From positions 434 to 64,433 of the IMG/VR virus record IMGVR_UViG_3300032225_000840: 64,000 nucleotides of DNA. One strand, written 5' to 3'. Position 1 is the stretch's first letter. Every line of letters begins with the position of its first letter. Below, one piece after another: positions 53,489-62,083 of this stretch. A program made the position numbers and the translations under genes. Under the pieces are notes generated by a model that did not search any database, was not told where the DNA came from, and saw nothing but the letters and a program-made list of their open reading frames with translations. The DNA is from a virus (taxonomy: Duplodnaviria > Caudoviricetes).

Positions 53489-53959
53489 ATGGGTTTCGCT
53501 ACACACTTAGGTCCTTGGCTACTCGGCACCGTTAAAAACACCACTGGCACCACTGCTGGTACAATCCGCAACACAGGTTGCTCAATTGTTTCTCAACAGG
53601 CAGCTTTAGGTTTTGCTGATGGCGCAACAAACGTATTTACATTACCAGCTGGTTCTTTAATTACTTCAATGCAATTAATCACTACTACTGGCTATGCTGG
53701 TGGTACAACGCCAACAATTACCCTATCTAGCGGTGCTACTACCATTACTTCTGGACTAACTAATCCTTCAGCAGCGGGCGTTTCATCATTTACTGTTGCT
53801 ACTACTGGTGCAGCTTTTGTTAATAACGTTGGTACAACCGATGCAATTATCACTGCTACTTTAGCTGGTACCTCTACTTCAGGTGCATCTACTCTGGTTA
53901 TTGCATATGTTGTTCGCAATAGCGATGGCGGTCAATTCCAGACTACGTATAACAATTAA
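53489..53959 (+). CDS. Virion structural protein (decoration-like)
   Basis: Thr/Ala/Gly-rich; LPAGSLITS motif. Confidence 0.6.
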   Translation: MGFATHLGPWLLGTVKNTTGTTAGTIRNTGCSIVSQQAALGFADGATNVFTLPAGSLITSMQLITTTGYAGGTTPTITLSSGATTITSGLTNPSAAGVSSFTVATTGAAFVNNVGTTDAIITATLAGTSTSGASTLVIAYVVRNSDGGQFQTTYNN

Positions 53960-54006
53960 TCTAACGGGGCAGTAATGCCCCCCTTTAAATCTTTAGGAGA
54001 TTAATT

Positions 54007-54294
54007 ATGGCAATGCAATATGATGTAAAAGCAACGGCTATAGCAGCCGCTCAAACTGATGCCGCTGTATTTGCTGGACCCGCTCGTATTAAAGGTATGG
54101 TTGTTTCAGTTCCAGCCGCTGGTGGTACTTTGGCATTAAAAGATGGTTCTGGAGGTACTACACGATTTTCTTTTGTAGCGCCAGCAGTAGCAGGAGCAGT
54201 TAATGTGTTAATTCCGGGTGAAGGTATATACTGCGGTAATGGAATTTATGCAACAACTCCAGCTAATATGACTGTTACTGTTTTCTACGGTTAA
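54007..54294 (+). CDS. Small virion structural protein
   Basis: GPARIKG...LKDG...IPGEGI beta-rich pattern. Confidence 0.55.
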   Translation: MAMQYDVKATAIAAAQTDAAVFAGPARIKGMVVSVPAAGGTLALKDGSGGTTRFSFVAPAVAGAVNVLIPGEGIYCGNGIYATTPANMTVTVFYG

Positions 54295-54297
54295 AAA

Positions 54298-55056
54298 ATG
54301 TCTGAAACTACACAAGTATCTGCTTCTTATGATTTAGTGGGGCGGAAGATTATGCTTGGTCTTCCCACCTACGACTTTAAAGTATCAGCAAAGTTAGCCA
54401 TAGCGCTAGCTTCTTTTTGTGTAAGGGCAACGCAACACGGGGTTGACATTCAAATTTGTAATATTTCTGGGTGCTCTGTAGTCTCTCGCGTGCGTAACTT
54501 AATTGCCAAAGACTTTTTAGATTCAGACTGTACAGACTTAATGTTTATTGATTCAGATATTAACTTTGATGCAGAAGATATTTTTCGCTTAATGGCGTGG
54601 AATATAGACCCTAAAAAAGGTATCGTTGCTGGTATTCCAGTAGCTCGCAAAAAAGGCAAAGTCTATATTTCTACGTTAGAAAGTGATGAAGACGAAAATA
54701 TTTTTATGAACCATATGGGTTTGGTTAAAGCTAAAAGAGTCGCTACCGCCTTTATGTTGATTCGTAGAGAGGTGTTTGAGAAATTGCAAGAAGCACACCC
54801 AGAATGGGAATATGAAGATGAAAAAGTAGCTGGCGATAAATTAACTGCTTTTTTTGATTTTGCTCTTAAAGACAGAAACTATATTGGTGAAGACTTTTTA
54901 TTCTGTGATCGTGCTAGAGAATTAGGCTTTGAAGTATGGATTGATCCGACTATTAAGTTAGGTCATATGGGAACCGAAGAGTTTGCTGGTGCTTTTGGTG
55001 AAGACTATTTGTACCCGCTAATGCGCTCTGTTGATGAAAAGAAAGATGCTGCATAA
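54298..55056 (+). CDS. GT-A fold glycosyltransferase-like protein
   Basis: LMFIDSDINF (DxD), ATAFMLIRREVF, GEDFLFC, WIDPTIKLGH. Confidence 0.8.
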   Translation: MSETTQVSASYDLVGRKIMLGLPTYDFKVSAKLAIALASFCVRATQHGVDIQICNISGCSVVSRVRNLIAKDFLDSDCTDLMFIDSDINFDAEDIFRLMAWNIDPKKGIVAGIPVARKKGKVYISTLESDEDENIFMNHMGLVKAKRVATAFMLIRREVFEKLQEAHPEWEYEDEKVAGDKLTAFFDFALKDRNYIGEDFLFCDRARELGFEVWIDPTIKLGHMGTEEFAGAFGEDYLYPLMRSVDEKKDAA

Positions 55057-55316
55057 TGGCTACCAAAAAGAAACCTCCATCTCTTGCAATTGGACGGGGC
55101 GAAAAACTACCAGTATCTAAGGGCGCAGGGCTTACTGCTAAAGGGCGCGCCAAATATAATGCCGCTACAGGTTCTAATTTAAAAGCCCCTCAACCAGAAG
55201 GTGGCTCTAGGAAAAAATCGTTTTGCGCGCGGATGTCAGGGATGCCCGGACCAATGAAAGATGAAAAAGGCAAACCTACCCGTAAAGCAGCATCTTTAGC
55301 AAGGTGGAAGTGTTAA
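55056..55316 (+). CDS. Small basic conserved phage protein
   Basis: GLTAKGRAKYN...RKKSFCARM...SLARWKC. Confidence 0.7.
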   Translation: MATKKKPPSLAIGRGEKLPVSKGAGLTAKGRAKYNAATGSNLKAPQPEGGSRKKSFCARMSGMPGPMKDEKGKPTRKAASLARWKC

Positions 55317-55317
55317 A

Positions 55318-55566
55318 ATGAGCGATATTGATCCAATTAAAACGGCTAGAGAATTAGCCACCCACGCCAACGATATACAGCACTTGCAGGAAGATATGGA
55401 CAAGATGGTTAAAGAAATGCAAGAAATTAAGCTGGCTATTCAAGCAATTAACAAAACTTTGTCCGAAGCAAAAGGCGGTTGGAAAACTTTAATGGCAATT
55501 GGTGGGTTTGTAAGCTTTTTGACTGGCGTAGCCGGATTTGTTGCAGGATATTGGGGACATAAATAA
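55318..55566 (+). CDS. Coiled-coil protein with C-terminal transmembrane segment
   Basis: Heptad pattern then GGWKTLMAIGGFVSFL. Confidence 0.6.
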   Translation: MSDIDPIKTARELATHANDIQHLQEDMDKMVKEMQEIKLAIQAINKTLSEAKGGWKTLMAIGGFVSFLTGVAGFVAGYWGHK

Positions 55567-55910
55567 TGCCTAGTACAAGTAAAAAACAACACAATCTCAT
55601 GGCTGCTGTAGCGCATAACCCAGCATTTGCCAAGAAAGTAGGAATCCCACAATCCGTGGGTAAAGAATTTAACACTGCCGACAAAGGCAAAACTTTTAAA
55701 AAAGGTGGAATGATGAAAGACGCAGACTTAGCACAAGACAAAGCTATGATTAAAAAAGCCATGAAACAACACGATATGCAAGAGCATAAAGGCGGGAAAG
55801 GTACGTCCCTTAAATTAGCTAAAGGCGGTGTAACTCGTGCTGATGGTTGTATTACTAAAGGTCACACCAAGGGCAAAATGATTTCTATGGCTAACGGCGG
55901 GGCTTGTTAA
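55566..55910 (+). CDS. Small Lys-rich protein
   Basis: MPSTSKKQHNLMAAVAHNP..AKKVGIPQSVGKEF; KKGG and RADGC motifs. Confidence 0.7.
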   Translation: MPSTSKKQHNLMAAVAHNPAFAKKVGIPQSVGKEFNTADKGKTFKKGGMMKDADLAQDKAMIKKAMKQHDMQEHKGGKGTSLKLAKGGVTRADGCITKGHTKGKMISMANGGAC

Positions 55911-55913
55911 ATC

Positions 55914-56300
55914 ATGGCTAAAAAAGACGAACTCCCACAAGACTTAACTGACCGTATTGCCAAAGAAGAGAACGCACAAGACCGCAATATGATTGTTGAA
56001 CCTGTTAAAAAAGCTTACAACGCTATTAAAAATAGCACTGTTGTTGATGAGCTTTCACGTGGTGTTAAGCGTATTGGCCAAGACTTGGGGATTACTAAAG
56101 ACGAAAATCAATACGAAGATAAAGCAAGAATGGATAGTATTCGTAAAGCGGTTAGGAATGAGCAAGCTATAGAAGGTGGTCGTCAAGCGCTTAGGGCTAA
56201 AGATAAAAAAGATTCTACGGATTTTAAAAAAGGCGGTAAAGTTAAATCTGCTTCTGCTCGTGCTGACGGCTGCGCTATTCGTGGAAAGACACGTGCATGA
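55914..56300 (+). CDS. Small protein with FKKGG..RADGC C-terminus
   Basis: C-terminus is paralogous to that of 55566-55910. Confidence 0.65.
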   Translation: MAKKDELPQDLTDRIAKEENAQDRNMIVEPVKKAYNAIKNSTVVDELSRGVKRIGQDLGITKDENQYEDKARMDSIRKAVRNEQAIEGGRQALRAKDKKDSTDFKKGGKVKSASARADGCAIRGKTRA

Positions 56301-56554
56301 GACCGTCTCGTGGTATGGGCGATATAGCCCCTTCTAAGATGCCTAAAGGGAAGAAAAAAGCCCGTAGGGATAACACAGACTTTACCCAGTATAAAGAGGG
56401 TGGAGAAGTATGGAGTAAACCGCGCCCAAAAGAATTAGGCAAACCAAAAAAAATGAGCCCCGCTAAAAAAGCAATGGCAAAAGCAACTGCTAAAGCTGCT
56501 GGTAGACCCTACCCAAACATGATTGATAACATTAGAGCAGCAAGGAAAAAATAA
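56297..56554 (+). CDS. Small Lys-rich protein
   Basis: MRPSRGMG, YKEGG, AGRPYPNMIDN. Confidence 0.65.
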   Translation: MRPSRGMGDIAPSKMPKGKKKARRDNTDFTQYKEGGEVWSKPRPKELGKPKKMSPAKKAMAKATAKAAGRPYPNMIDNIRAARKK

Positions 56555-56760
56555 TGATTGATTTTATGCAACAACAAATTGATGCGTCAGAAAAACTTTT
56601 TAGGGCGATGTTGCATGATCATGAAGAACGAACTAGAGACCATCATTTATGGGAAGAAGTTACTCAAAGTTTAATTAAAAAATTAGACGATAGAGACAAA
56701 GAAATAGCTAAATTGCGTTCGCAAGTTGCGGCGTTTCGTGTACTGTTAAAAGGTAAATAA
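56554..56760 (+). CDS. Coiled-coil small protein
   Basis: Translationally coupled ORF. Confidence 0.55.
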   Translation: MIDFMQQQIDASEKLFRAMLHDHEERTRDHHLWEEVTQSLIKKLDDRDKEIAKLRSQVAAFRVLLKGK

Positions 56761-56936
56761 TGTTTAAAGCGTTTTTTCAATGGGTGTTTTCTCGGCAGAA
56801 AAAAGATTTAGGCGTTGCTTGGCCTTTTCCTCCTGTTAGTGAGGATTTTAGTCCGCGCCCAAAACGTAAATATGTTAGAAAAGCTACAACTAGACCTGCT
56901 GTTAAAAAAACAGGTAAAAAGAAACCAACTAAATGA
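56760..56936 (+). CDS. Small basic protein (58 aa)
   Basis: Not in the ORF track. MFKAFFQWVFSRQKK...AWPFPP...KKTGKKKPTK; overlaps both neighbours. Confidence 0.55.
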   Translation: MFKAFFQWVFSRQKKDLGVAWPFPPVSEDFSPRPKRKYVRKATTRPAVKKTGKKKPTK

Positions 56937-57871
56937 CTACTTCTGGGTTAACTACTTTTAATCTCGATATAAACGATCTTATTGAAGAAGCGTTTGAGCG
57001 CTGTGGCAAACAAGTTCGTACGGGATATGACCTACGTACTGCTCGGCGTAGTATTAATCTACTTACTATTGAGTGGGCTAATCGCGGTATTAACTTATGG
57101 ACAGTTGAGCAAGGTCAGATTGTATTAAACACTGGGCAGGCTATATACCCCATACCCACAGATACTATAGATCTTTTAGACACCACAATACGTCAAAATA
57201 ACGGGTCACAGTCAAACCAAATTGACATAAATATTAGTCGTATTTCAGAGTCTACTTATTTAACTTTACCTAATAAAAACACCCAAGGGCGCCCAATTCA
57301 GTTATGGATTAACCGCCAATCGGGTAATGTTGCTTCTGTAGCAAATACTACTGTTGCTACTGGATATCCAATAAGTTCTACAGACACTACGATTACATTA
57401 ACTAATGCGTCTACGCTACCCACACAAGGGTTTGTTAATATAGGCAGCGAAACAATTGGGTATCAAAACATTGTAGGGAATCAAATTGTTAACGCTTGGC
57501 GTGGTCAAAATGGTACTACCGCAGCATCTCATAGCGCGGGAGCTTCTGTATATAACAATAACTTGCCCTGCATAAATGTTTGGCCCACCCCCAATTCGCC
57601 CGGCGACCAGTATACTTTTGTTTATTATAGATTGCGCCGCATGCAAGACGCGGGAGATGGATCACGTACTGAGGACATCCCGTTTCGCTTTATTAACTGC
57701 ATGGTTGCAGGATTAGCATACCAATTAAGCATGAAATTGGTTGAAGTAGACCCCAATCGCATACCCATGCTTAAAGCAGAATACGAACAACAATGGCAAT
57801 TGGCTTCGGACGAAGACCGTGAAAAAGCGCCAATTAGGTTTGTGCCACGGACAATGTGGTATGGGTATTAA
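56933..57871 (+). CDS. Head-tail connector / adaptor protein with inserted domain
   Basis: IEEAFERCG..ARRSINLLTIEWANRGINLW, GRP.Q, VWPTP, VAGLAYQL. Confidence 0.7.
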   Translation: MTTSGLTTFNLDINDLIEEAFERCGKQVRTGYDLRTARRSINLLTIEWANRGINLWTVEQGQIVLNTGQAIYPIPTDTIDLLDTTIRQNNGSQSNQIDINISRISESTYLTLPNKNTQGRPIQLWINRQSGNVASVANTTVATGYPISSTDTTITLTNASTLPTQGFVNIGSETIGYQNIVGNQIVNAWRGQNGTTAASHSAGASVYNNNLPCINVWPTPNSPGDQYTFVYYRLRRMQDAGDGSRTEDIPFRFINCMVAGLAYQLSMKLVEVDPNRIPMLKAEYEQQWQLASDEDREKAPIRFVPRTMWYGY

Positions 57872-57874
57872 GTT

Positions 57875-58264
57875 ATGCCTAGTAAATACGCTTCTGGTAA
57901 ATGGGCTATTGCCGAATGTGATCGTTGTGGGCAACGATATAAATTAAAGCAGCTTAAAAAACAGGTACTTAAAACTAAAATATACGACATTAAAGTGTGT
58001 CCAACTTGCTGGGATCCAGATCAGCCGCAGTTATCATTAGGTCTCTATCCCGTTAATGACCCACAAGCAGTAAGAGAACCAAGACCGGATGTGAGTTATC
58101 AAGTATCAGGAATAGATAGTTTAGGCAATCCATCAGGTGGTAGTAGAGTGTTTCAATGGGGATGGTCCCCAGTAGGTGGAGCAAGTAGTTTTGATACAGT
58201 TTTAACCCCAAATTACTTGGTAGCAGTAGGACAAATTGGTACAATAACGGTATCAACAACTTAG
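57875..58264 (+). CDS. Zn-ribbon conserved phage protein
   Basis: AECDRCG...VCPTCWDPDQPQL...REPRPD. Confidence 0.7.
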   Translation: MPSKYASGKWAIAECDRCGQRYKLKQLKKQVLKTKIYDIKVCPTCWDPDQPQLSLGLYPVNDPQAVREPRPDVSYQVSGIDSLGNPSGGSRVFQWGWSPVGGASSFDTVLTPNYLVAVGQIGTITVSTT

Positions 58265-58273
58265 GAGCATATT

Positions 58274-58471
58274 ATGTCATTTAAAAAAGGCGCAAGCGGT
58301 ATCGAGAGCAAGGGCAAAACTAAAGGTAAAAACTTAGGTGATACAGGCCCAAATGTAGGTATTGATAAGGGTGGTAAAGGTTCTGCTGGTGTTACTAGCA
58401 TGAAAATGAAACAAGTAGGGCGCAATATGGCTCGTGCTATGAATCAAAAATCTTCGGGCAGAGGTCGATAA
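58274..58471 (+). CDS. Small basic protein
   Basis: KGKTKGKNLG...GRNMARAMNQ. Confidence 0.65.
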   Translation: MSFKKGASGIESKGKTKGKNLGDTGPNVGIDKGGKGSAGVTSMKMKQVGRNMARAMNQKSSGRGR

Positions 58472-58749
58472 TGGGATTTTCTAAAAAAATCATGGGTAAA
58501 GAAGTTGGCGAAGCTAAAATTTATGCTAAGCCACATACAATGAGTGGTGAAAAAGTCAACGTTAAAGAAGCCATCAGCGTTAAAGAAGATCCAAATAAGC
58601 TGTCTTCAGACCAAGTAACTACCCGTACAACGGCTATGCGTGTCAGTGTTGGAAACCCCAATGCCGACGACGTTAAAACGGACGGTATTAAGCAGCGTGG
58701 ATCTGGTGCAGCTACTAAAGGTTTTACCTCTAGAGGACCGATGGCTTGA
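58471..58749 (+). CDS. Small basic protein
   Basis: C-terminal RGSGAATKG..SRGPMA. Confidence 0.65.
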   Translation: MGFSKKIMGKEVGEAKIYAKPHTMSGEKVNVKEAISVKEDPNKLSSDQVTTRTTAMRVSVGNPNADDVKTDGIKQRGSGAATKGFTSRGPMA

Positions 58750-59690
58750 ACTATGTAGAACTGTATCAAGCGATACAAGACTATTCTGAGAACTCGGAGT
58801 CGCTATTTTTAGCGAACATACCCCTTTTTGTCAGAGAAGCCGAAAGACGTGTTTATAACAGCGTACAACTTCCTTCACTAAGAAAAAACGTTACAGGTAA
58901 TGTAAGTTCAGGTAATCAGTATTTATCGCTACCAGACGATTATTTAGCCTCTTATTCTGTGGCTGTTATTGATGCTTCTGGGAATTACAACTATTTGCTT
59001 AACAAAGACGTTAACTTTTTGCGTGAAGCCTATCCAAGCGTTGTTTATGCTGGTACAGCATATCAGGGTACCCCCGGCGGTGTTCCAAAGTATTATGCTT
59101 TATTTGGGTCTCAATATGGCAATATTAATGAGCTGTCGTATATTTTAGCCCCCACACCCGACTCAAATTACGTAATAGAACTACACTATTTTTATTACCC
59201 CGTGTCTATTGTTCAAAGAGCTATTGCGACTACGAGCCTTACAAACGGCGGGTCTTTGTATACAAACGGTACTTATACTAATGTGCCATTAACGGGCGGA
59301 AGTGGGTCAGGGGCTATTGCAACTATTGTAGTATCTGGGCAAGCTATTACATCGGTAACTATTACAAATGGTGGTAATTTCTACGCTGTTGGCGATATTT
59401 TAAGTACTTCAAGTTCTTATATTGGCAGTTCTGGCTCAGGTCTTTCTATTACCATACTTACTGTAAATAACGATAGTGGAACCTCATGGCTTGGGGATAA
59501 CTATGACCCTGTGCTGTTATATGGCTCTATGCGCGAGGCAATGCTCTTTATGAAGGGTGAGCAGGATTTAGTTAAGTACTATGAAGATAAATACACAGAA
59601 GCCCTAATGCAGCTAAACCGCTTAGGTACAGGACTCGAACGCGGCGATGCTTATAGAGACGGGCAAGCAAGAATACCGGTTAATCCATAA
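58746..59690 (+). CDS. Head-tail connector / tail tubular protein with inserted beta domain
   Basis: TTG start; FVREAERRVY, PKYYA, PTPD..Y.IELHY, VLLYGSM.EA. Confidence 0.7.
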   Translation: MNYVELYQAIQDYSENSESLFLANIPLFVREAERRVYNSVQLPSLRKNVTGNVSSGNQYLSLPDDYLASYSVAVIDASGNYNYLLNKDVNFLREAYPSVVYAGTAYQGTPGGVPKYYALFGSQYGNINELSYILAPTPDSNYVIELHYFYYPVSIVQRAIATTSLTNGGSLYTNGTYTNVPLTGGSGSGAIATIVVSGQAITSVTITNGGNFYAVGDILSTSSSYIGSSGSGLSITILTVNNDSGTSWLGDNYDPVLLYGSMREAMLFMKGEQDLVKYYEDKYTEALMQLNRLGTGLERGDAYRDGQARIPVNP

Positions 59691-60112
59691 TGGCTATATC
59701 TCAAGGACAATGCACTATTTTCAAGCAAAACTGCTTGAGTGGGCTGGAGAATTTTAATACAGGGACTTCATATGTCTATAAGATTGCTTTATATACGGCT
59801 AATGCGGATTTATCTTACGCAACGACTGCATATACGTCTGTGGGCGAAATCACTGGTACGGGCTATACGGCGGGCGGGGCTATATTAACCCCCATAATTC
59901 CGGCTTCTAGTGGGCAAACAGCGTATGTATCTTTTCAAAATGTCACTTGGAACCCCGCTAGTTTTACTTGTAGGGGCGCTTTGGTTTACAATAGTACGAC
60001 AGGTTCTGCAGTTGCAGTGTTAGACTTTGGAGCTGATAAAACAGCAACAAATACTTTTACAGTAACTTTTCCAACGGCGACCTCAACCACCGCTATTATT
60101 AGACTTTCTTAA
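59690..60112 (+). CDS. Virion structural protein
   Basis: YKIALYT, GYTAGG, VAVLDFGADKT. Confidence 0.65.
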   Translation: MAISQGQCTIFKQNCLSGLENFNTGTSYVYKIALYTANADLSYATTAYTSVGEITGTGYTAGGAILTPIIPASSGQTAYVSFQNVTWNPASFTCRGALVYNSTTGSAVAVLDFGADKTATNTFTVTFPTATSTTAIIRLS

Positions 60113-60121
60113 GGAGTTTTT

Positions 60122-60736
60122 ATGAGCATTGAAAAATCAAATTTTGGTGACGCGGCAAGCGCATCAGTAACCCGTGGCGCAGCTAGCGACGAGACTTTGG
60201 GTATCCAAGGTTGGTACGATGTTAAGTGTTACGATTCCGAAGGTAATTTAAAATGGGAAGATAAAGCCCCTAATTTAGTTACTGCTGTTGGTAAACAAGC
60301 CCTATTTGACTACTACTTTGGTGCTACTGGTACTGCTGGTGGTACAGCTGCTGGTGCTAACTATTTAGGTCTATGCGGTGGTACGGCTACTTATGCTGCG
60401 GCTGATACAATGGCTTCGCATACTTGGACAGAAGTTGGCGGTACTAACGCTCCAGCTTACACAGGCAACCGTCAATCAATCAACTGGACTGCGGCTTCTT
60501 CTACTGGTACTACGCCAACAAACGTAACTACTAAAACAGGCGGCGCTATTACTTTTGCAATGACATCTTCTGGTACGGTTAATGGTTGCTTTATTAATGG
60601 CGGCGCATCTGCTTCTGCTACTAAAGACACCACTACTGGCATTTTGTATTCTGCTGGTAACTTTACTGGTGGTTCAAAGACTGTAGCTAACGGCGACTCT
60701 TTAGCAGTTACATATAGCACCACAGCAACTAGCTAA
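60122..60736 (+). CDS. Virion structural protein
   Basis: GNLKWED..NLVT.VG, Thr/Gly-rich, GDSLAVTY. Confidence 0.65.
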   Translation: MSIEKSNFGDAASASVTRGAASDETLGIQGWYDVKCYDSEGNLKWEDKAPNLVTAVGKQALFDYYFGATGTAGGTAAGANYLGLCGGTATYAAADTMASHTWTEVGGTNAPAYTGNRQSINWTAASSTGTTPTNVTTKTGGAITFAMTSSGTVNGCFINGGASASATKDTTTGILYSAGNFTGGSKTVANGDSLAVTYSTTATS

Positions 60737-60749
60737 GTAGGAGCCTTTT

Positions 60750-61244
60750 ATGGCTTTGGTCTTAGCTGATAGAGTACAGCAGACTGGTACTGCCAACACA
60801 ACTGTTAGTTTTACACTAAGCGGTTCTGTTACTGGGTACCAGTCTTTTTCTGTTATTGGTAATACCAATACGACGTATTATTCTGCTTTTGATGCTACCG
60901 GTAATTGGGAAGTAGGTGTAGGAACATATTCAACTTCAGGGCCCACATTAACTCGCACAACTATTATTTCGTCGTCAAATTCAGGTAGTGCGGTTACATT
61001 TTCAGGTACTGTAAACATATTTGTTACCTACCCTTCAGCGCGTTCAGTTAATTTAGATCAGTCTACTAGCACGGCGTATGCGCCTCAATTTGCGGCAAGT
61101 AATGGTTTAGTGTTAAATAATTTAACGGTAGCAACAAACTATAGTATTCCTACAGGGTATTCAGCTAGTTCGGTTGGGCCTGTAACTGTTAATTCTGGTA
61201 TTTCTGTAACGATACCTTCGGGCAGTCGCTGGGTGGTGTTATAA
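60750..61244 (+). CDS. Fibre-docking structural protein (paralog A1)
   Basis: MALVLADRVQ...NWEVGVGT...RTTIISSSN. Confidence 0.7.
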   Translation: MALVLADRVQQTGTANTTVSFTLSGSVTGYQSFSVIGNTNTTYYSAFDATGNWEVGVGTYSTSGPTLTRTTIISSSNSGSAVTFSGTVNIFVTYPSARSVNLDQSTSTAYAPQFAASNGLVLNNLTVATNYSIPTGYSASSVGPVTVNSGISVTIPSGSRWVVL

Positions 61245-62081
61245 ATGTTTGGTTATGCAGCTTTTGCTCAATCTCCTTACGCTGCTTTAGGTGGGGCACT
61301 ATTTAGTGTAAACGTTTTAGAAGCCGCAACATTAGCAGATTCTTCTACGGGATTAGCCACATTTACTAGTGCAATAACTGAAAACTTTAATCCAGCAGAT
61401 GTTAAAACAGTAATAGCAGCATTTGTTAGTGCAATAACTGAAAATACTACTACTGCAGATACCTCAACTGTATTAGCTAGTTTTATTAGTGCGATTACAG
61501 AAGCCGCAACTTTAACAGATTCAGAAACAGTATTAAGAACAACTTTTGCAACAGCCACGGAAACAATTACATCCGCAGATTTGGCTACCGTAATTGCTGC
61601 GTTTGCAAGTGCAATAACTGAAAACTTTAATCCAGCAGATGTTAAAACAGTAATAGCAGCATTTGTTAGTGCAATAACTGAAAACTTTAATCCAGCAGAT
61701 GTTAAAACAGTAACAGCAGCATTTGTTAGTTCTGCGTTAGAAAATTTAAATTACGCCGACGCAGTTACAGCAACAGTTAGTTTTGTTAGCGCTATTTTAG
61801 AGCAAGTTATTGTAGTAACAGATAGCGAGGCAGTAATAGCGACGTTTACCACAAGCATTATTGAGGCTTTGACTGCAGCCGATTCAAGTATTGGTAGCCC
61901 TTTATTTTTTGTTAGTGTATTAGAAAATTTATCTGCCGATGCTTCCGCAGTAGTTATAAAAACAATGTACCCAACACAAATAGAAAATATTAACTTAGCG
62001 GATGCGCCGCTGGGGTTTGCATGGGTACGGATTGATAATACTGAAAGCACTCAATGGGTGCTAATAGATAACAGGCAATAA
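61245..62081 (+). CDS. 20-aa repeat virion protein (paralog B1)
   Basis: MFGYAAFAQSP..., AITENFNPADVKTVIAAFVS repeats. Confidence 0.75.
   Translation: MFGYAAFAQSPYAALGGALFSVNVLEAATLADSSTGLATFTSAITENFNPADVKTVIAAFVSAITENTTTADTSTVLASFISAITEAATLTDSETVLRTTFATATETITSADLATVIAAFASAITENFNPADVKTVIAAFVSAITENFNPADVKTVTAAFVSSALENLNYADAVTATVSFVSAILEQVIVVTDSEAVIATFTTSIIEALTAADSSIGSPLFFVSVLENLSADASAVVIKTMYPTQIENINLADAPLGFAWVRIDNTESTQWVLIDNRQ
61371..61730 (+). repeat. 60-bp coding repeats
   Basis: Exact copies at 61371-61430 and 61611-61670, a one-mismatch copy at 61671-61730, and degenerate units between. Confidence 0.9.
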
Positions 62082-62083
62082 TT

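Noticed and set aside
61371-61730. 60-bp repeats as a CRISPR array
   Set aside because: They are in-frame coding repeats without unique spacers.
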